In this document: positions 15,375 to 30,350 of the stretch, one piece after another | Position numbering within the stretch: position 1 is the stretch's first letter | Layout: the number at the start of each line of letters is the position of its first letter | Source of the DNA: the human T2T-CHM13v2.0 reference genome, Homo sapiens | NCBI RefSeq assembly: GCF_009914755.1 | Contig: NC_060932.1 | DNA length: 64,000 nucleotides | Direction: 5' to 3' (one strand) | The notes under the pieces: model-generated | The model's database searches: none | Seen by the model: only the letters and a program-made list of their open reading frames with translations | Told to the model about the DNA's origin: nothing | Translations under genes and position numbers: made by a program

Positions 15375-15437
15375 GATTAGGCCATAAGAACACTAGGAAT
15401 TAGGGAGAAAAACAAAACAAAACAAAACAAAAAACAG

Positions 15438-15973
15438 TGCATTGGTGTACCATTGATGTGGAACAAATTGCAACAAACTCAATAGCTTAAAACAACATCT
15501 ATTCTGTAGGTTAGAATGCTGGGCAGAGTATAAACTGAGTTCTAAGTGTCTCATGGGGCTGCAATCAAGGTGTCAACCTGAGCTGTGGTCTCGCCAGAGG
15601 CTCAGGGTCCTCTTCTATGCTTGTTTTTGAAGCTGTAAAACCCAGAAGCCAAATTGTTGAAGCCCAACAGAAGAATCTCTCTCACACTTTAAATCTTCTT
15701 GATTCCTCTGTCTCTGACCTCTAGCTCCACATTTTTAAAGTTTATGTGATTAGGTTAGGCCCATCTACATAATTTTCTTTTGATTAACTCGAGGTCACTG
15801 ACTGGTAACCTTAATTACATCTGCAAAATCCCCTTTGCCAGATAATGTAACAAAATCATGAGAGTGAGACCTCATCCTATTCATAGGTTCTGCTTATACT
15901 CAATGGGAAGGAATTATATGAGGATATGAGGATGAGAATCATTGAGGGTCATCTTAAAATTCTACCTACCACA
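15438..15973 (-). mobile_element. MLT1E-type MaLR solo LTR
   Basis: 'aacaaattgcaacaaactcaatagcttaaaacaac', 'ccttaattacatctgcaaaatcccctttgcc' and end 'attctacctaccaca'. Confidence 0.8.
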
Positions 15974-16230
15974 ACTAGTGAGGAACCTGCAGCTTACACA
16001 AGTTATGTTACTGGGCCAAAGCCAAACATATATGAAGTGCAGATCCAGGGATCAAAACTAAACCCATACTATTGAAAGCTTTTGACACTAATGCCTGTGA
16101 TGTTTTTCTGACACTTAAGTAACTAGGGCTTTGATGATCAAGTTGAAATATATAAATCTTAACCCCTTCACACTAGTTCACTTACTTTTAGAGAAAGGGT
16201 AGTTTCCTTACTTTTTTAAAGAAGTTTTTA

Positions 16231-16545
<315 letters not shown>

Positions 16546-18619
16546 TCAAGTTAACTTCATCATGGGATGCATCTAAGCACAATTGCTAGTATATATATAG
16601 TAAACTGCAGCTTCCATCAGGCCACTCCTCAGATCAAAATCTTTCATCCGCTTTCTCCCTCTTGCTACATTTAATCCAAATAGTCTGATTCCACGCTACA
16701 TTTCCATCCTTATTTTGACTCCTTCCTGCCATGCACTTCATTTGTCTCTTTCTGCCATATGCATTGTGGTCCAATGGCAATGCATACTGTTTACTTGGCC
16801 TGTGATTTGTTTCCTCCTTTATACCTCATTATTAAAACCTCAGCTCAAATCTCTTCTAAGAAACCTTTCCCAGCTCTTTCTACATACATTGACCCTACCT
16901 TTCTAAGAATTCCTATTACACTTAAAAGTCAGTAGCATACATCAGCATTTCATTATTCTCTAACTTTTCATGGATGTTTGCTCAGTTTTACTAAATAGTT
17001 TGTAAATTATTTTGAGTAGCATCATGATATTCTCCTTCGAGAACCTCCAACACCCCTGAGAAAAGCATAAAAAAATGCATTGTAGGCTCTCAACACACAC
17101 AGGTTGACCAATTGATTGGTGGAGTTCTCCCAAGTTGAATTCTTCCTACTCAACCAAGGAAATTTGCCCAATGTTTAGAAAGCCACTTTAGCTCATCCAA
17201 AGAAGCAAACTGTTGTCATTATGCATTCAGTTTGGTTTTGGACATCAGTACCAGGAATCTGTATGGCTGCATGCCTTTTTATTCCAGAATAGGCTCCTTC
17301 TACCCTGAGGCTAACGGCATCAACCCAAGCTTACAGAACAAACTTTTCTAACATTCCATTAGCTTGCATGTTGTTCCCACAAATTACTCCTAAAGCTTTA
17401 TTTTGATTAAGAATAAGACGACATGATATTTGAGGATTTGGGTTTATGTGCAAAGTTAAAACAGAACATCTAAATTTGTTTTCTTTCTCAGCAAAAATAT
17501 CAGAAAATGCAGTGATATACAATGCTCAAAAAATGCAAGAAGTATGAAGGATAGAACAATGAAAACTACCTGCATGCAGCACTGGATTCTGAATTGGTTT
17601 TAGCATCTTGAGAATAGCTTGGCATTTACAGGAGAGTTCAGAAAATGGCTACTCCTAATTTCTGTTTGCCATATTTTCCCAAGATCTGTACAGTGTTATT
17701 AATTTAAATTATTTATGATAATGTCAGAAAGAAATACTCTTCATGTTGTTGGATAAATCACATTAGTCAGAAGCGACTCACATAAAATGAAAGACTTCTG
17801 TCTGCTACAGCAGCCAGGGAGAGAGACAGCATTGTATGCCGTGGCTTTCTAAGCCTTCATTATAAACTCCTCCCAGCCCCCTTCCCTCATGATGGCCAGC
17901 GAGAGCATCAGTAGGCTAATAACAAGGAAAAAGTAAGTTTATTCCTCACCACTCCATCAGGATTCATTGCAACTCAGAGCTAGAATAATGAGAAAAATTT
18001 TATTGATTTTTTTCTACAACCACAAAAACAGGTAATGCATTCCACTTCAGGACTCATATCTAACAGGAAGGTGAAACACATGTCCAACCCCTCTTCAAAG
18101 GTTGAAACCTTTGGCTGGATCGTCTCTCTGCATTTCTATTTGTTTTTGTTTTACTGGACAGCATCACGTGGTTCTTTTATTTCTGAGCTCTTGCATGCTT
18201 CCCTTCCTAAAGCTAAATGATCTGAATTGTATCAGTTTTAATCATGTGTTTTCACATGGACACAGCCGGACTGCATTTATGAGAGATGGGAATATTCATG
18301 CCCTGGACTTTCTAGCATGGAGACTGGCCTTGGAGAGGCAGGGGACAGAGAGACAGCCAACAGTAATTCTGACATCTGTAGGACAACCATCATGCAGCCG
18401 AAACAAAGTAGGCTGACTGTCATTTCTTCTTCTTGGGCACTCATTTTACTAAATAAAACCAAGTGGAAATTGGGTGAAGCGTACACTGGACCTTTTATTT
18501 TGTATTTTTTCACCTCAATGTGTATCTATAATTATATTTACAGAAAACATTAAATGAAAGTAAACAGATAAATTTACAAAACCCAAATGATTCATAAGGA
18601 TGAAGAAGTGGGAAATGGA

Positions 18620-18840
18620 GTGAACATTTATTAAGCAGCTTCTTTGTGCCCAGTACCATGGTAGAAGCTTTAAGTTTGGTGTTTTGATCCACCACAAATG
18701 TTTGAGGCAGGCGTTACTAGGAACACGTTAGAAATGAGGAAATTAAGCCTCACAGACGATTAACAACATAAGCAACAAAAGATGATGATGAAATTCAAAC
18801 TCTAGTCTTCAAAGATTCTTCTCTTTCCACCATATTACAC
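18620..18840 (-). mobile_element. MIR remnant
   Basis: 'aacatttattaagcagcttctttgtgcccag...tagaaatgaggaaattaagcctcacag'. Confidence 0.6.
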
Positions 18841-18976
18841 TACCCAATTTTAACTGGCTTCCCACTATTTTAATGCTGGGCTAAGCTGCCATGTAAGGAA
18901 TTTCCAGCAAAGCAAAAGCTAAAAGCACTATTTTTTTAGCATTAAATAGTCTCAGCATGCTAATGAGCTCTCTTAG

Positions 18977-19422
<446 letters not shown>

Positions 19423-20189
19423 TAGTTATTTTCAACGTCTATTTCTATTTATTCCTATGACTCCCTGTCACCATGGTGTCTAACTATCCAGACAAACACA
19501 TTAAACTAAAACAAAACATATGAGAGAACTGAAAAGAAAAGCTTCCCAGATCACCCTCCTCTGGAGCTAAGTTTTGTTGATTTAGAGATAACTGATTTTG
19601 TCTTGAAACCCTGGGGCTATGTTGGCAGTGTTAGCAATGGGCTGTGATGGCAATTTGCTATTATTTAGCCACGGAGACGATATTTACCTACAAACCATTT
19701 TTTGTAATAGAAGAAGAGAAAAAGAAATGCAAGAGCATAAGACATGCAAAATAATCCGCTTTGATCTTGTAAATTCTTCACCCCTGAGTGTAATACTCCA
19801 GGACCCCAAACATGCCAGAGCAAAAACAAGATACCTAGAAGAGTGAAGAGCTGTGCTTTTCTGTTTCATTTTAGTTTGCTTATCTAAGTCACTCCACTAT
19901 GTGTGGCTGTGAAAATGCAAAATGCCTTAAAATTTTGTCATTAATGAAATAAAGAAACTAGTCCAAGGGATTCAGTCATATAAATATAACTCTAATGCAA
20001 ATAGTCATTTTTGTTAAATGATACAGGTAGGGAGAGGAAATAATGACATAGGAATTTGTGGTTAGGGAGAGTAAGAATTCTGCAGAAAAAGAGAAAATTT
20101 TGCTACCTAATATTTTACAAACATGTTTAAAGTTTCATCTTTCGCAAGTTTGATACCACCTGCCCTCCTTCATGCTCACCACGTGGTGA

Positions 20190-20191
<2 letters not shown>

Positions 20192-20223
<32 letters not shown>
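20192..20223. repeat. (CA)n microsatellite
   Basis: About 16 CA units. Confidence 0.95.
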
Positions 20224-20224
<1 letters not shown>

Positions 20225-21515
20225 TCACAGAGACCCATTTGTTTTCGGAGGGTCACAGTCTCCATCTTTATAATGCTCTGCTAGCTGCTTTTTAAAGACA
20301 TATCACATCTACAAGGTTGAGGGAGGGATTCCCAGAATTCTTGGTATTTCTGAATGAAGGGCGAACACTGATAAAATGATCTTTTAAAACACAAATCTCA
20401 TCATGCATTTTCAATAGCCCTTTTCTTTTTAATGTCAAAACCCAAATCTTCAATGTGGCCTGCCAGGTCTAATGTGACGTAGCTGCTGCTCCATGGCCTC
20501 TTCTGGAGCCAGCCTCTCCCAGTTTTATTCACTCCAGACTTAGCAGCCTCATGCGGGCCCTCGAGCAGGCCACGCTCTTCTTAACTCAGGCCCTCTGCCT
20601 AGGATGCTCTCTCTTTCTCTCTGAAGTTCCCCTCTAGAAATATTTTAAGTAATGTGTATTGACTTGACTGATTATACGTGTAATGAATGCTCTTAAGTAA
20701 AATTTAGAAAATACTGAGAAGTTGAGAGGAAAAAAAAGTGAAGATTATAAGCTCACAATCCAGAGTCAACTATTAATATTTGATGATGTTCTTTCTCCCT
20801 GTGAATCTACTTCTTAATACAAATCGTGATCATCTTGTATTTGCTCAAATATTTTCTAGTGAGTGGAAGATACAGGTTTCTTTTATAATCCTACTTATAA
20901 TTGCTTTTGGAATTTCTGGAAACATTTTTTAACATGTATTTCCTAAATGAGCAAAATCAGACATAAACAGTACATCTGAATATCTCCTCCACACATTTCT
21001 TCTACTGCCCATCAAATCTCCCATCCCATCTCTTGACTGCATTACATAACTTAGAATTTTGGACCCCAATTTTCTTTACATTAATATTTATATTACCAAG
21101 CTTTTTTTCAATAATAATTATTTTATTTCCTTATGGAGTTAAGTGTACAAAAATTGTTCAGATATCCATATTTTAACTAATTGTATGCCCACTTGTTCCA
21201 TTATATTTTGATTTCCTCTTTCTTTATTTCTTAATTTTATATTTTTTCTCAGTCATCTGAACTACAATCTCAAAATGACATTTTAGAGTACCTCTACCTT
21301 ATATAGCTGAAAACATCCTGTTTTAATTATTTTCCTTTAAGTTTATATAGTCATGTCTTTGTGTTTTCATAGCTGTTGTGGTTACGGGAGAAATGTATGA
21401 AATCAGTCTGAATTTTTTCCATTTATATATATTATTCTACTTATGGTATTATAGAAATCTTCCTTTATAAAGATTTTTTTTAAAGATTTTATCTGATTTT
21501 CTTTTGATGTGCTAT

Positions 21516-22333
21516 TGAAACGAGAAAGGTTCCCTTGTCCCCCTTGCAGGGTGTGCGATGGGGGTGTGGCTCACTGCTTCAGTGCCCCATGCTCAAACGT
21601 CTAGGGGAGCATACAGACAGGCAGGCTGTGGGGCTCTGACCCCACGGCAGTGTCTAGGGGTGAATGTTTACAGCTGAAGGCCCAGTGGTTGCGTGATACA
21701 GGGTACTCTTTTAGTAGCCGTCTATAGGCGGCTTGTGCTAACCAGCTCAATTAGACCTTCGACCTTGTCGCTTTCTGTGACCCAGGGTTTCTTGTCTTGG
21801 TGTACCAGAAGAATCAGATCGCACGTGGCTTGGAGAATGAGTGCAAAGTTTTATTGAGTAGAAGTAGCTCTCCCCAGATGGGGGACCCAAAAGGGAGATG
21901 GTTTTCCCCTGGAGTTGGGCCACTCAACAGCCCCAGCTCTCCTCTGACTGCCCCAGCCAAACTGCGCCTCATCCCGCTGGTCAATGGCCTGCCAGTGTGC
22001 CAGTGTGCCAGTGTCTGTCAGTGTGTTCGTCTGTCGGCGTGTTCTTCTACCGGCCACTTGTGTTTTCTTCTGCTGATGTGCTCCTCTGACATCTGGCTGC
22101 CTTTGAGTCTGCCTTGCTAGGGTATCGGGTTTTTATAGACATAGGATGGGGGCATGGCTGGCCAGGGTGGTCTTGGGAAATGCAACATTTGGGCGAGGAT
22201 GCAGGAGTGCCTGTCCTAGGTCCGTGGATTGGAGCTCTAGCCAGGAACTATGCCACCACTTACCCAGCACTTCCTTCCCCACTTCCATATCATTTAAAGG
22301 GGATGCTCTTCCCTTCCCAGTACTCCCATATCA
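21516..22333 (-). mobile_element. ERV1 solo LTR (LTR27/LTR28-like)
   Basis: GC-rich block with TG...CA ends. The minus strand begins tgatatgggagtactgggaagggaagagc, and a minus-strand AATAAA lies at ~21850. It sits in T-rich, probably old L1M sequence. Confidence 0.8.
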
Positions 22334-23751
22334 GTTTGTTTACTTTGATTTCACTCCAAATAAAGTAAGATTTGTCACTCTGTAATTAAGAATTATTCCA
22401 GTTCCTGGACGTTTTATTCAGTCATGACTTTTCTTTGTGTTTCTATTCTGATTGTTCAACTTTCTTCCTCAGGGATACTTAATCTTTAAATTGAATCTCA
22501 ATCTCCATATTTGCTTGCCATATTGGTCCTGTTCTCACTCACTATTCTTACCACTTTAGTCTCTCCTCTGCACTTTGAGAGAAATTCTCACCTCTTCTCT
22601 GCATCATTGATTCATTTTCTCCATTGTCAATTATGCTCTTTACTGCACCAATTAGGAGGTGAATAGTATTACCACATTATAAAGTCTTGCAAAACTTCAC
22701 TATCTTACTATATCTCTTTCCTTCTTGGCTTGTAATCTCCTCATTTTCATATTTTTCCTTTGTTGATTTCTGTGCGTTTTTCATTGGGAGATCATGCCTT
22801 CTTAAATCCTGTTAAGAGGTTAATATGTCTAATTGTTGATGCTTAGCAGGCTTTATGTAGAGAAGTTTAGAGCCTCTACTCCTTCTTTAACTCTCTGAAC
22901 AAGTGAAGTTTATAAAAACTGGAATCACAGATTAATGCTCCCATTCCTTTCTCTTGACTTTTCCTTTTCACCTATCCACCTCACAACAGCACCACACAAC
23001 AGATAGACATCCACAGTTTATGCCTAGTTGTTTTTAAGGAGTTGAAACCCTCAGTCAAAAGTAGAAAGGGAAGTGTTAGTTTAGAAAACACTATGTAAGT
23101 GAAATAAGCCAGACAGGCGGGGGCAATTAGATAGGATGCAACATAATTCTCTATTTTTCATTGAGCCTAGTTCAAAGGAGTTCATCAATTACATTTTCAA
23201 ATCCATCCCATTGACCATATAATTCATGATAATTCCTCCAAGAAATCTAAACAATAGATTTGCTGCGAGTCTTAGTTTTATATTTGTTTTACTTTTGTTA
23301 CATTTGGCACTTTTCTGAATCATAACAATTACGTTATCGGAAAATTTGGAAATATTTCAATAGGGTGCTAGCTAAATATCATTTTTAAGTCAGAAATATG
23401 AGATTTCCAAAAACAACTAGTGTTACCCTTCACTAAGAACTTCAAAGCAAATGACCCATTCTATGCATCTGTGCATATTGCATTCATTTTCCTATATATT
23501 ATGACATAATAATATTAATACACCTTTTGGATTTTTCCTCCTGCAAGTTTAATATCCCACTTTACTCAAAGTGTATTCTACCATACAGCTGTGGGGCTCT
23601 ACAGCATTCTATAGAATCATACAGCATGTGTTAAGTGTTCATCATGTCCTTTAAAAATATGTTTTAAAAATTATATTCTGGTACCAGTTGAGATGACTGT
23701 TTACCTCAAAGTGTTTGTACAGGCAATGTGTATCACATTTTCTAAAGATAA

Positions 23752-24081
<330 letters not shown>

Positions 24082-24284
24082 ATACCAGTCTCTTTCTTAG
24101 CTAACCATTTCTCTTTTAAAAATGGGTGGCATGTTGGGATTATAACCACCAGTCACTTGGCAGTAATGAATTAGAAGTAGACTAAAAACATAGGAGGAAA
24201 CACATACACATGATGTCAGTGTACAAAAAGAAAATAAGTGACAAAAAGGAAATAAGTGTACAGAGTATCTAAGAAAGAAGCGAA

Positions 24285-24500
24285 TGACAATGGCAGAGTG
24301 GAAAGGGCACTGGATTTGGAGTCTGAAGATCTGAGCTCATGCACCCATGCCTCACAGTAAATAACTTAACCTCTCTGACCATTTACTTTGTCTGACCCTC
24401 ACTTTCTTAGTCCTCAAAATAGGCTTATTGTAATACTCATCCCTATTGTTGTTTTCACAGACAAATGAAATTATACCATGAAGTACTTGTAATTGACAAT
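24285..24500 (+). mobile_element. MIR remnant
   Basis: 'gagtggaaagggcactggatttggagtctgaagatctgag...aacttaacctctctga'. Confidence 0.6.
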
Positions 24501-24516
24501 ATTATACAAATAATGT

Positions 24517-24865
24517 CAGAATGAAGTACTGACATATGCTACAACGTGGAAGAACCCTGGAAACATGGTAAGCGAAATAAGCTAGACACAAAACCACAAA
24601 TGTAATATGATTCCACGTACATGAAATATATAGAATAGGTAAATTCATAGGGACAGGAAGCAGATTAGAGGTAACCAGAACCTGGAGGGAGGGGGGAATA
24701 GGGAATTATTTCTTAATCATTACAGAATCTCTGGAGTGATGGAAAAGTTTGACTGATAGAGGTGATGGCTGCACAGTACCATGAATGCAATTAATGTCAT
24801 TGAATGTTACCTTTAAAAATAGTGAAAATGGCATATTTTATGTTATATATGTTTTCCCACAAAAG
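24517..24865 (+). mobile_element. L1MB-type 3' end fragment
   Basis: 'gaatgaagtactgacatatgctacaacgtgga...atggcatattttatgttatatatgttttcccacaa'. Confidence 0.8.
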
Positions 24866-25954
24866 ATTTTTTAAGTCAGATTTTATGTTGTTATTGTACA
24901 TGTATTCTTTAAACCAATTGTGATGCAACTTTATTTAAAAAGTAATCATTAAATTTCAGCTGGTGTTATGGTAATTGTGTGAATTACCACAAATGAATAA
25001 ATCAATTAATAGTATATCCTGAAAAAAACATTTATTAGTGCTTACGTACAGCGACCTAGTAACTATGGCAACAAAGATATTATACTTGGAAGATAATTAC
25101 TCACCCAATTGAAGAAAACTCCCATATATCATCTTTAAATGAGTTTTTGAGATGTCTCATGATTCTTCTGTAGTAAAGAGGTACACATAATGATCTATTA
25201 CGAAAGTAACCCATATGTGAGCATCCCACTGATAGCTATGATGAGAATGAGTGCTGCAATATATATATTATCACCACTCAGGAAGCATGAATCATTAGAA
25301 CATAAATAAAATTTCCCATTTCAAAACTCATCCATGATCCCAAGAGTTGCTGCTTCCACCTGAATTCCCCATCAAGTCTAGGAGCTTCCCCCTGGCCTTA
25401 TGAAAGCAGCTGTGCCTCATAGAACCTGGAGGATGATGCTCGGGACTTTCTGTATTGGCTTCTCTCCTCCACAGTCCAGCATCATCCCATTTTCACTTTA
25501 GCTTTCATGAAGCAATCTCATTCCCAATGGGAATGACTGAGATCACCATACCATTCCCCAAAGTTAAACCTATCAACAGTTCCATGATAAATGCATTTCC
25601 TGCACCAAATACAAAATTGAGATGGCTTCAGACTAAGACCTTAGAAGAAAAGAAAGTCATAGTTAATTCCCCAAACTGCAATAATTTTTATTTGTTGAAT
25701 ATTTTATCTTAGATGAATCATTTTATTTGTTGTAGTCACTTCCTTCCTAGTTTGATAAGTTAATTTAAAGTATATTAGCCCAGATTTTAGCTGATTTACT
25801 GTTTTATTTTTCTGTAGTTGTTTTCTTGTTTCTAAAATTATCTTATGAAGTCTTTTATAGTGAATTCAATTCAACAAGTATTTTGGAATCATATTATGGG
25901 AAAGCATTCCACGAGGTGGTTCTTCAGCAAAGCTAGAGATGACACCAGCTTCTT

Positions 25955-26244
25955 TTTTTTCTTTTTAATTTTTATGGGTACATAGTAGGCTTATGCACTT
26001 ATGGGGTACATGAGATATTTTGATACAGGCATGCATGTGTAGCAATTACATCAGGGTAAATGGGGTATCCATCACCTCAAGCATTCATCCTTTTTGTGTG
26101 TTATGAACATTTCAATTATACTCCCTCATTTATTCTAAAACGTACAATAAATTATTGCTGACTGTAGTCTCTTTATTGTGCTATCAAAGACTAGATTTTA
26201 TTCACTGAATCTAACTATATTTTTGTACCCCGTTAACCATCCCC
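25955..26244 (-). mobile_element. L1MA (L1MA1-3-like) 3' fragment with intact TSD
   Basis: 'tatggggtacatgagatattttgatacaggcatgca'. A 16-bp TSD atgacaccag(c/t)ttctt lies at 25939-25954 and 26245-26260. Confidence 0.88.
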
Positions 26245-26699
26245 ATGACACCAGTTTCTTGACCCTAAAATTTAAAATATATGAGGAAAGATTACTCATA
26301 TACTTGTATATAATTAAAATTTGGAAAAAAATTTAAAGATTTTTCTTGAATATATTCATTTTGCAGAATTAGGAAAATCTTGGCGAGAAAAGTGGCATTT
26401 ATTATGGATCTCGTGGCAAGGTTAGAATGTTTATTACTGTGCACTTAACCTACTAAATTGAAAGGTCCTCAAGGATAAAAACTTAACTTAGTTATCTTTA
26501 TATCTCTGGGAACAATAAAATCACTGGGACAGGATCATAGATGTATGTGGCTGCAAACAATATTTTGAGACTGTGCTTCTTATTAGGGAAATATGCTCCT
26601 AAATCACAAAGATTTTTATAAATGTTTATTTATAATTTCATATTTCTTTTACAAGGCCGACTCAGGAACTGAGAAGTTGAAACAATAAGTTGAATGGGA

Positions 26700-27170
26700 T
26701 CAGGTAGTGCCAACTAGACTGATTTAGAGGACGTGAGTTTGAATCCCAACTTTGCTTATTAGCCGAGTGGACTAAATGAGGTATTTATTCTCTCTGAGCT
26801 TCCAGTTCATCTACTGAGATTAGAGATATCAAAACCTAGCACATGGGATTTAAGGAAGATCAAATAATATAATACTAAGTTTTTTGCAGAGTAGGAATCA
26901 AAATATGTTAGTTGAAGTTGATTCAGCAAGACTCTTGTGCTTCCAAGATAATCTTTTATTTATTATTAATAAGGGCATTGTGTATTGAATGTTGATTGTG
27001 CATAAATACTATATTCAAGGTATGATCAGTCATCAGACCAACAGCAACTCTGAGAAGTAGAGATGAAGAGATGGAGACTGCAAGATAATTGCTGACTTAA
27101 GCTAGGAAGTAGACTGACAGCGTTTAAGCCCTTATTCTCTGATTTCAGAATTTTTACAATTAATCACTAC
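26700..27170. mobile_element. Two MIR remnants in opposite orientations
   Basis: 'gtgagtttgaatcccaactttgc...ctctctgagcttcc' and 'agatgaagagatggagactg'. Confidence 0.45.
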
Positions 27171-27295
27171 ACAAATGGTTTCACACTGAAATAAACAATT
27201 GCAAACTTCTGAATTTAGTAAGAATAAAACTTTTAAATTTGTTTTCTGTTGGGGAAGATGTCTTTCCCTTTCCCAAGGATACTGCTTTTCTCTAA

Positions 27296-27583
<288 letters not shown>

Positions 27584-28080
27584 GGGATTTTTTGAAGTAA
27601 CTTCAGCTTTTATCTTTTCCTGTGTCACTCCCTGCTCTACGAGGAGGGAAGAAAGATTCATCTGGTTGGTGGGAATGAAGAATTGTGGTGCAGGCCAGGC
27701 TCATTGGTAATAAAGCCCTGACTCGGCAAGCTGTCACCTAGTCAGTGTGTTCTCTGCCTAAGAGGCTTGTCCTGCCCTGCGGGTCTGTGACCAAGTGAGT
27801 AAGTTCAACTCAAGGAGAAAGAGCACAAAACTAGTATCTGGTCTTGGTTTCAAGTAAGTTCTGAAGTATGTCTAGTCTATTGATCCCTATCAAATTCCAT
27901 GCGTATTTATCAATTGATTCAAAATTTGGAAGAGATAAGGTATGATTAGCAATTGATTTCAAGTTCCAAGGCTTGTTGAATTTAGCTAGTTATGCAGGCA
28001 TTTTAAACTGCACTTGGAGAATGAACCATAAGAGATGAATAAACTTTTTCTATCCAGAATCGATTTTCTTGCTGTTTCTC

Positions 28081-28144
28081 AGGTTTACCTTACAAAGTAC
28101 CAATATACCTAAAGGTTTACCTTACAAAGTACCAATATAGCTAA
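28081..28144. repeat. 32-bp tandem duplication
   Basis: aggtttaccttacaaagtaccaatata(c/g)ctaa x2, 31/32 identical. Confidence 0.95.
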
Positions 28145-28214
28145 AATGTAGTCTGAGTATAATTAAATTTTTATTAAAGAAAACGGGTATGAATTTAATA
28201 CCTCCTAAGCAGGC

Positions 28215-28245
<31 letters not shown>

Positions 28246-28588
28246 TAGATATAATATATATACATAGATATAATATATATATTCATATATAATATATATA
28301 ATTCATATATAATATATATTATATAATTCATATATAATATATAATTTATATATAATTCATATATAATCTATAATATATATATTCATATATAATATATAAT
28401 TCATATATAATATATATAATATATATTATATATATTATATATAATTCATATATTATATATTATATATAATTCATATATTATATAATATATATGTTCATAT
28501 ATATTATATATAATTCATATATAATATATATAATATATATATTCATATATATAATATATATATTCATATATATAATATATATATATAT
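28215..28588. repeat. Long (TA)-rich compound micro/minisatellite
   Basis: About 370 bp, almost all A/T, with a recurrent attcatatataat unit. Confidence 0.95.
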
Positions 28589-28589
28589 G

Positions 28590-28810
28590 AAGAGTCTTTG
28601 GAGCCAGTAAAATTCTGGTTCTAGCATTATCAGATATGTCAACTTCAAGTCATCTAACTTCTGTAAGTCTCAGTTTTACATCTATAAAACTGTAATAGTA
28701 GTACCTCCTTATAGGATTGATCTGGGAATCAAATTGGTTAATGAGTAAACAACTTACTACTATACTTAATATACAATGAGAACCCGGTAGTAGCCAGTGC
28801 TGTTATTATT
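28590..28810 (+). mobile_element. MIR remnant
   Basis: 'ctttggagccag...caagtcatctaacttctgtaagtctcagttttacatctataaaa'. Confidence 0.7.
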
Positions 28811-30129
28811 AGACCGTTATTACCATCATAATTTAATGAATCAATCATTCTTATTTCTATAGATAGTAAAAAAAGAAATAATTTTAAACTTGATAACATA
28901 GAATCCTGCAAAAAGGAGTGGGCTTTTAAACTACAAAATGTAATAAGCATTTTAATACACACATTTTAAATTATTATTCATCAAACTCATTTAAAATAGA
29001 ATCAATAAACCATAAGCATATTTGGATACTTTAAGCAGTGGTTGGGGGAGGAGGCTGTCTATGATCTCTCAATTTAAGAAAGGTATGTTAAAGCTTCACA
29101 CACTGCTGACCATAGGGGAAATTTTTTGTATGTTTTGTTTTGTCATAACTGATAATGTAATAGATGACATTTCTAGAACAAAAGTTATGTTATATTTATA
29201 TTCCAATAAAGTTTCTTTCTTTCCTCCAGGAACATTTTTGATTGTGAATACTGGTTATAACCTTTCTCAGTACCCAGTGACCATGATTATTACTGCCCTC
29301 TCCACTGTGGCCAATTTCAGATTCAGAAGTTAAGTGACTGTCACTCCCTTGACTTCTAATTACTGAAGATGCTATGGTAAAATTCAGACTTGGTTGCTAG
29401 GATATATAGCTTTGAGGAAATATTTCTGGTATCCTTTATGCTTATATTGACCCTATAGATTAAAGCAAAGCATGGGATATTTCCAGCTGGTAGCCACAAT
29501 AAAATCTAACTGCAAAAGTAAAGCAATCAGAAACTATCTTGTATTCAGATGATATAAGGTGAACCTGAGTTTCCTTTTATTTGTGCCAGCATGTGTTTGA
29601 AGTTACGTGGTGAATTACATAATTGAGAGATTCAGAACCAGGCATTCTAAATAATAATATGTAGCAGTTGTCAAGGTAACTTGGGAAGGGTACTGGGAAA
29701 GTTTTTTTAATATAAAAGGAAATGGGAACATTCTCACTTATTGTTGGTATCGCGTTTCTTTTTAATGCTTTGCATTAACTCCGCGTAACGTAGAGCATGG
29801 TCTATTTCTAGTTGGTGACTACCAAGAAATCTTTTATCAAACTTCAATGAGAGAGTAAGCCAAAAATATTCTAGTATTCTATAATACCCTACGAGAATAT
29901 TCTGTTAGTGTGTTTCAGTTCAATTTTAGCTGAATTAGAAGTTAGATAAAGGATGTTACTAAAATATATTATAGAGTTACAAAATTGAGATGGGGATTGA
30001 ACACACCCATTCATTATTATACAATCTGAATTTTTACCAACATCAAACATTGGGCAAAGTTTCAAATTATCTGGAAAGATGTTAGTGAGTATTCTATATC
30101 TATGTCACTTTACATTTTTTACAAAAAAC

Positions 30130-30350
30130 TGAGCAGTGTTTTCTCCATGCCTGACCCTAGTCTATGTGCTTTATCCACCTTAACACATTTGATCCTCATA
30201 GCAACCCTGGACAGTAGATCCTATAATTATCCTCATTTTACAGATGGGAAGCTGAGAGACAGAGAGATTGAGGAACTCATTCATGATACCAGAACTACAG
30301 TTTGAACCCAACGATTCTGCTTTTCAAGTCTGTACTCTTGACTGTGCAGT
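30130..30350 (-). mobile_element. MIR remnant
   Basis: 'ttatcctcattttacagatgggaagctgagagacagagagatt'. Confidence 0.75.

Noticed and set aside
28081-28144. 32-35-bp direct repeats (also 43173-43242) as CRISPR-like arrays
   Set aside because: Each has only two adjacent copies with no spacers, there are no cas genes, and the DNA is eukaryotic.
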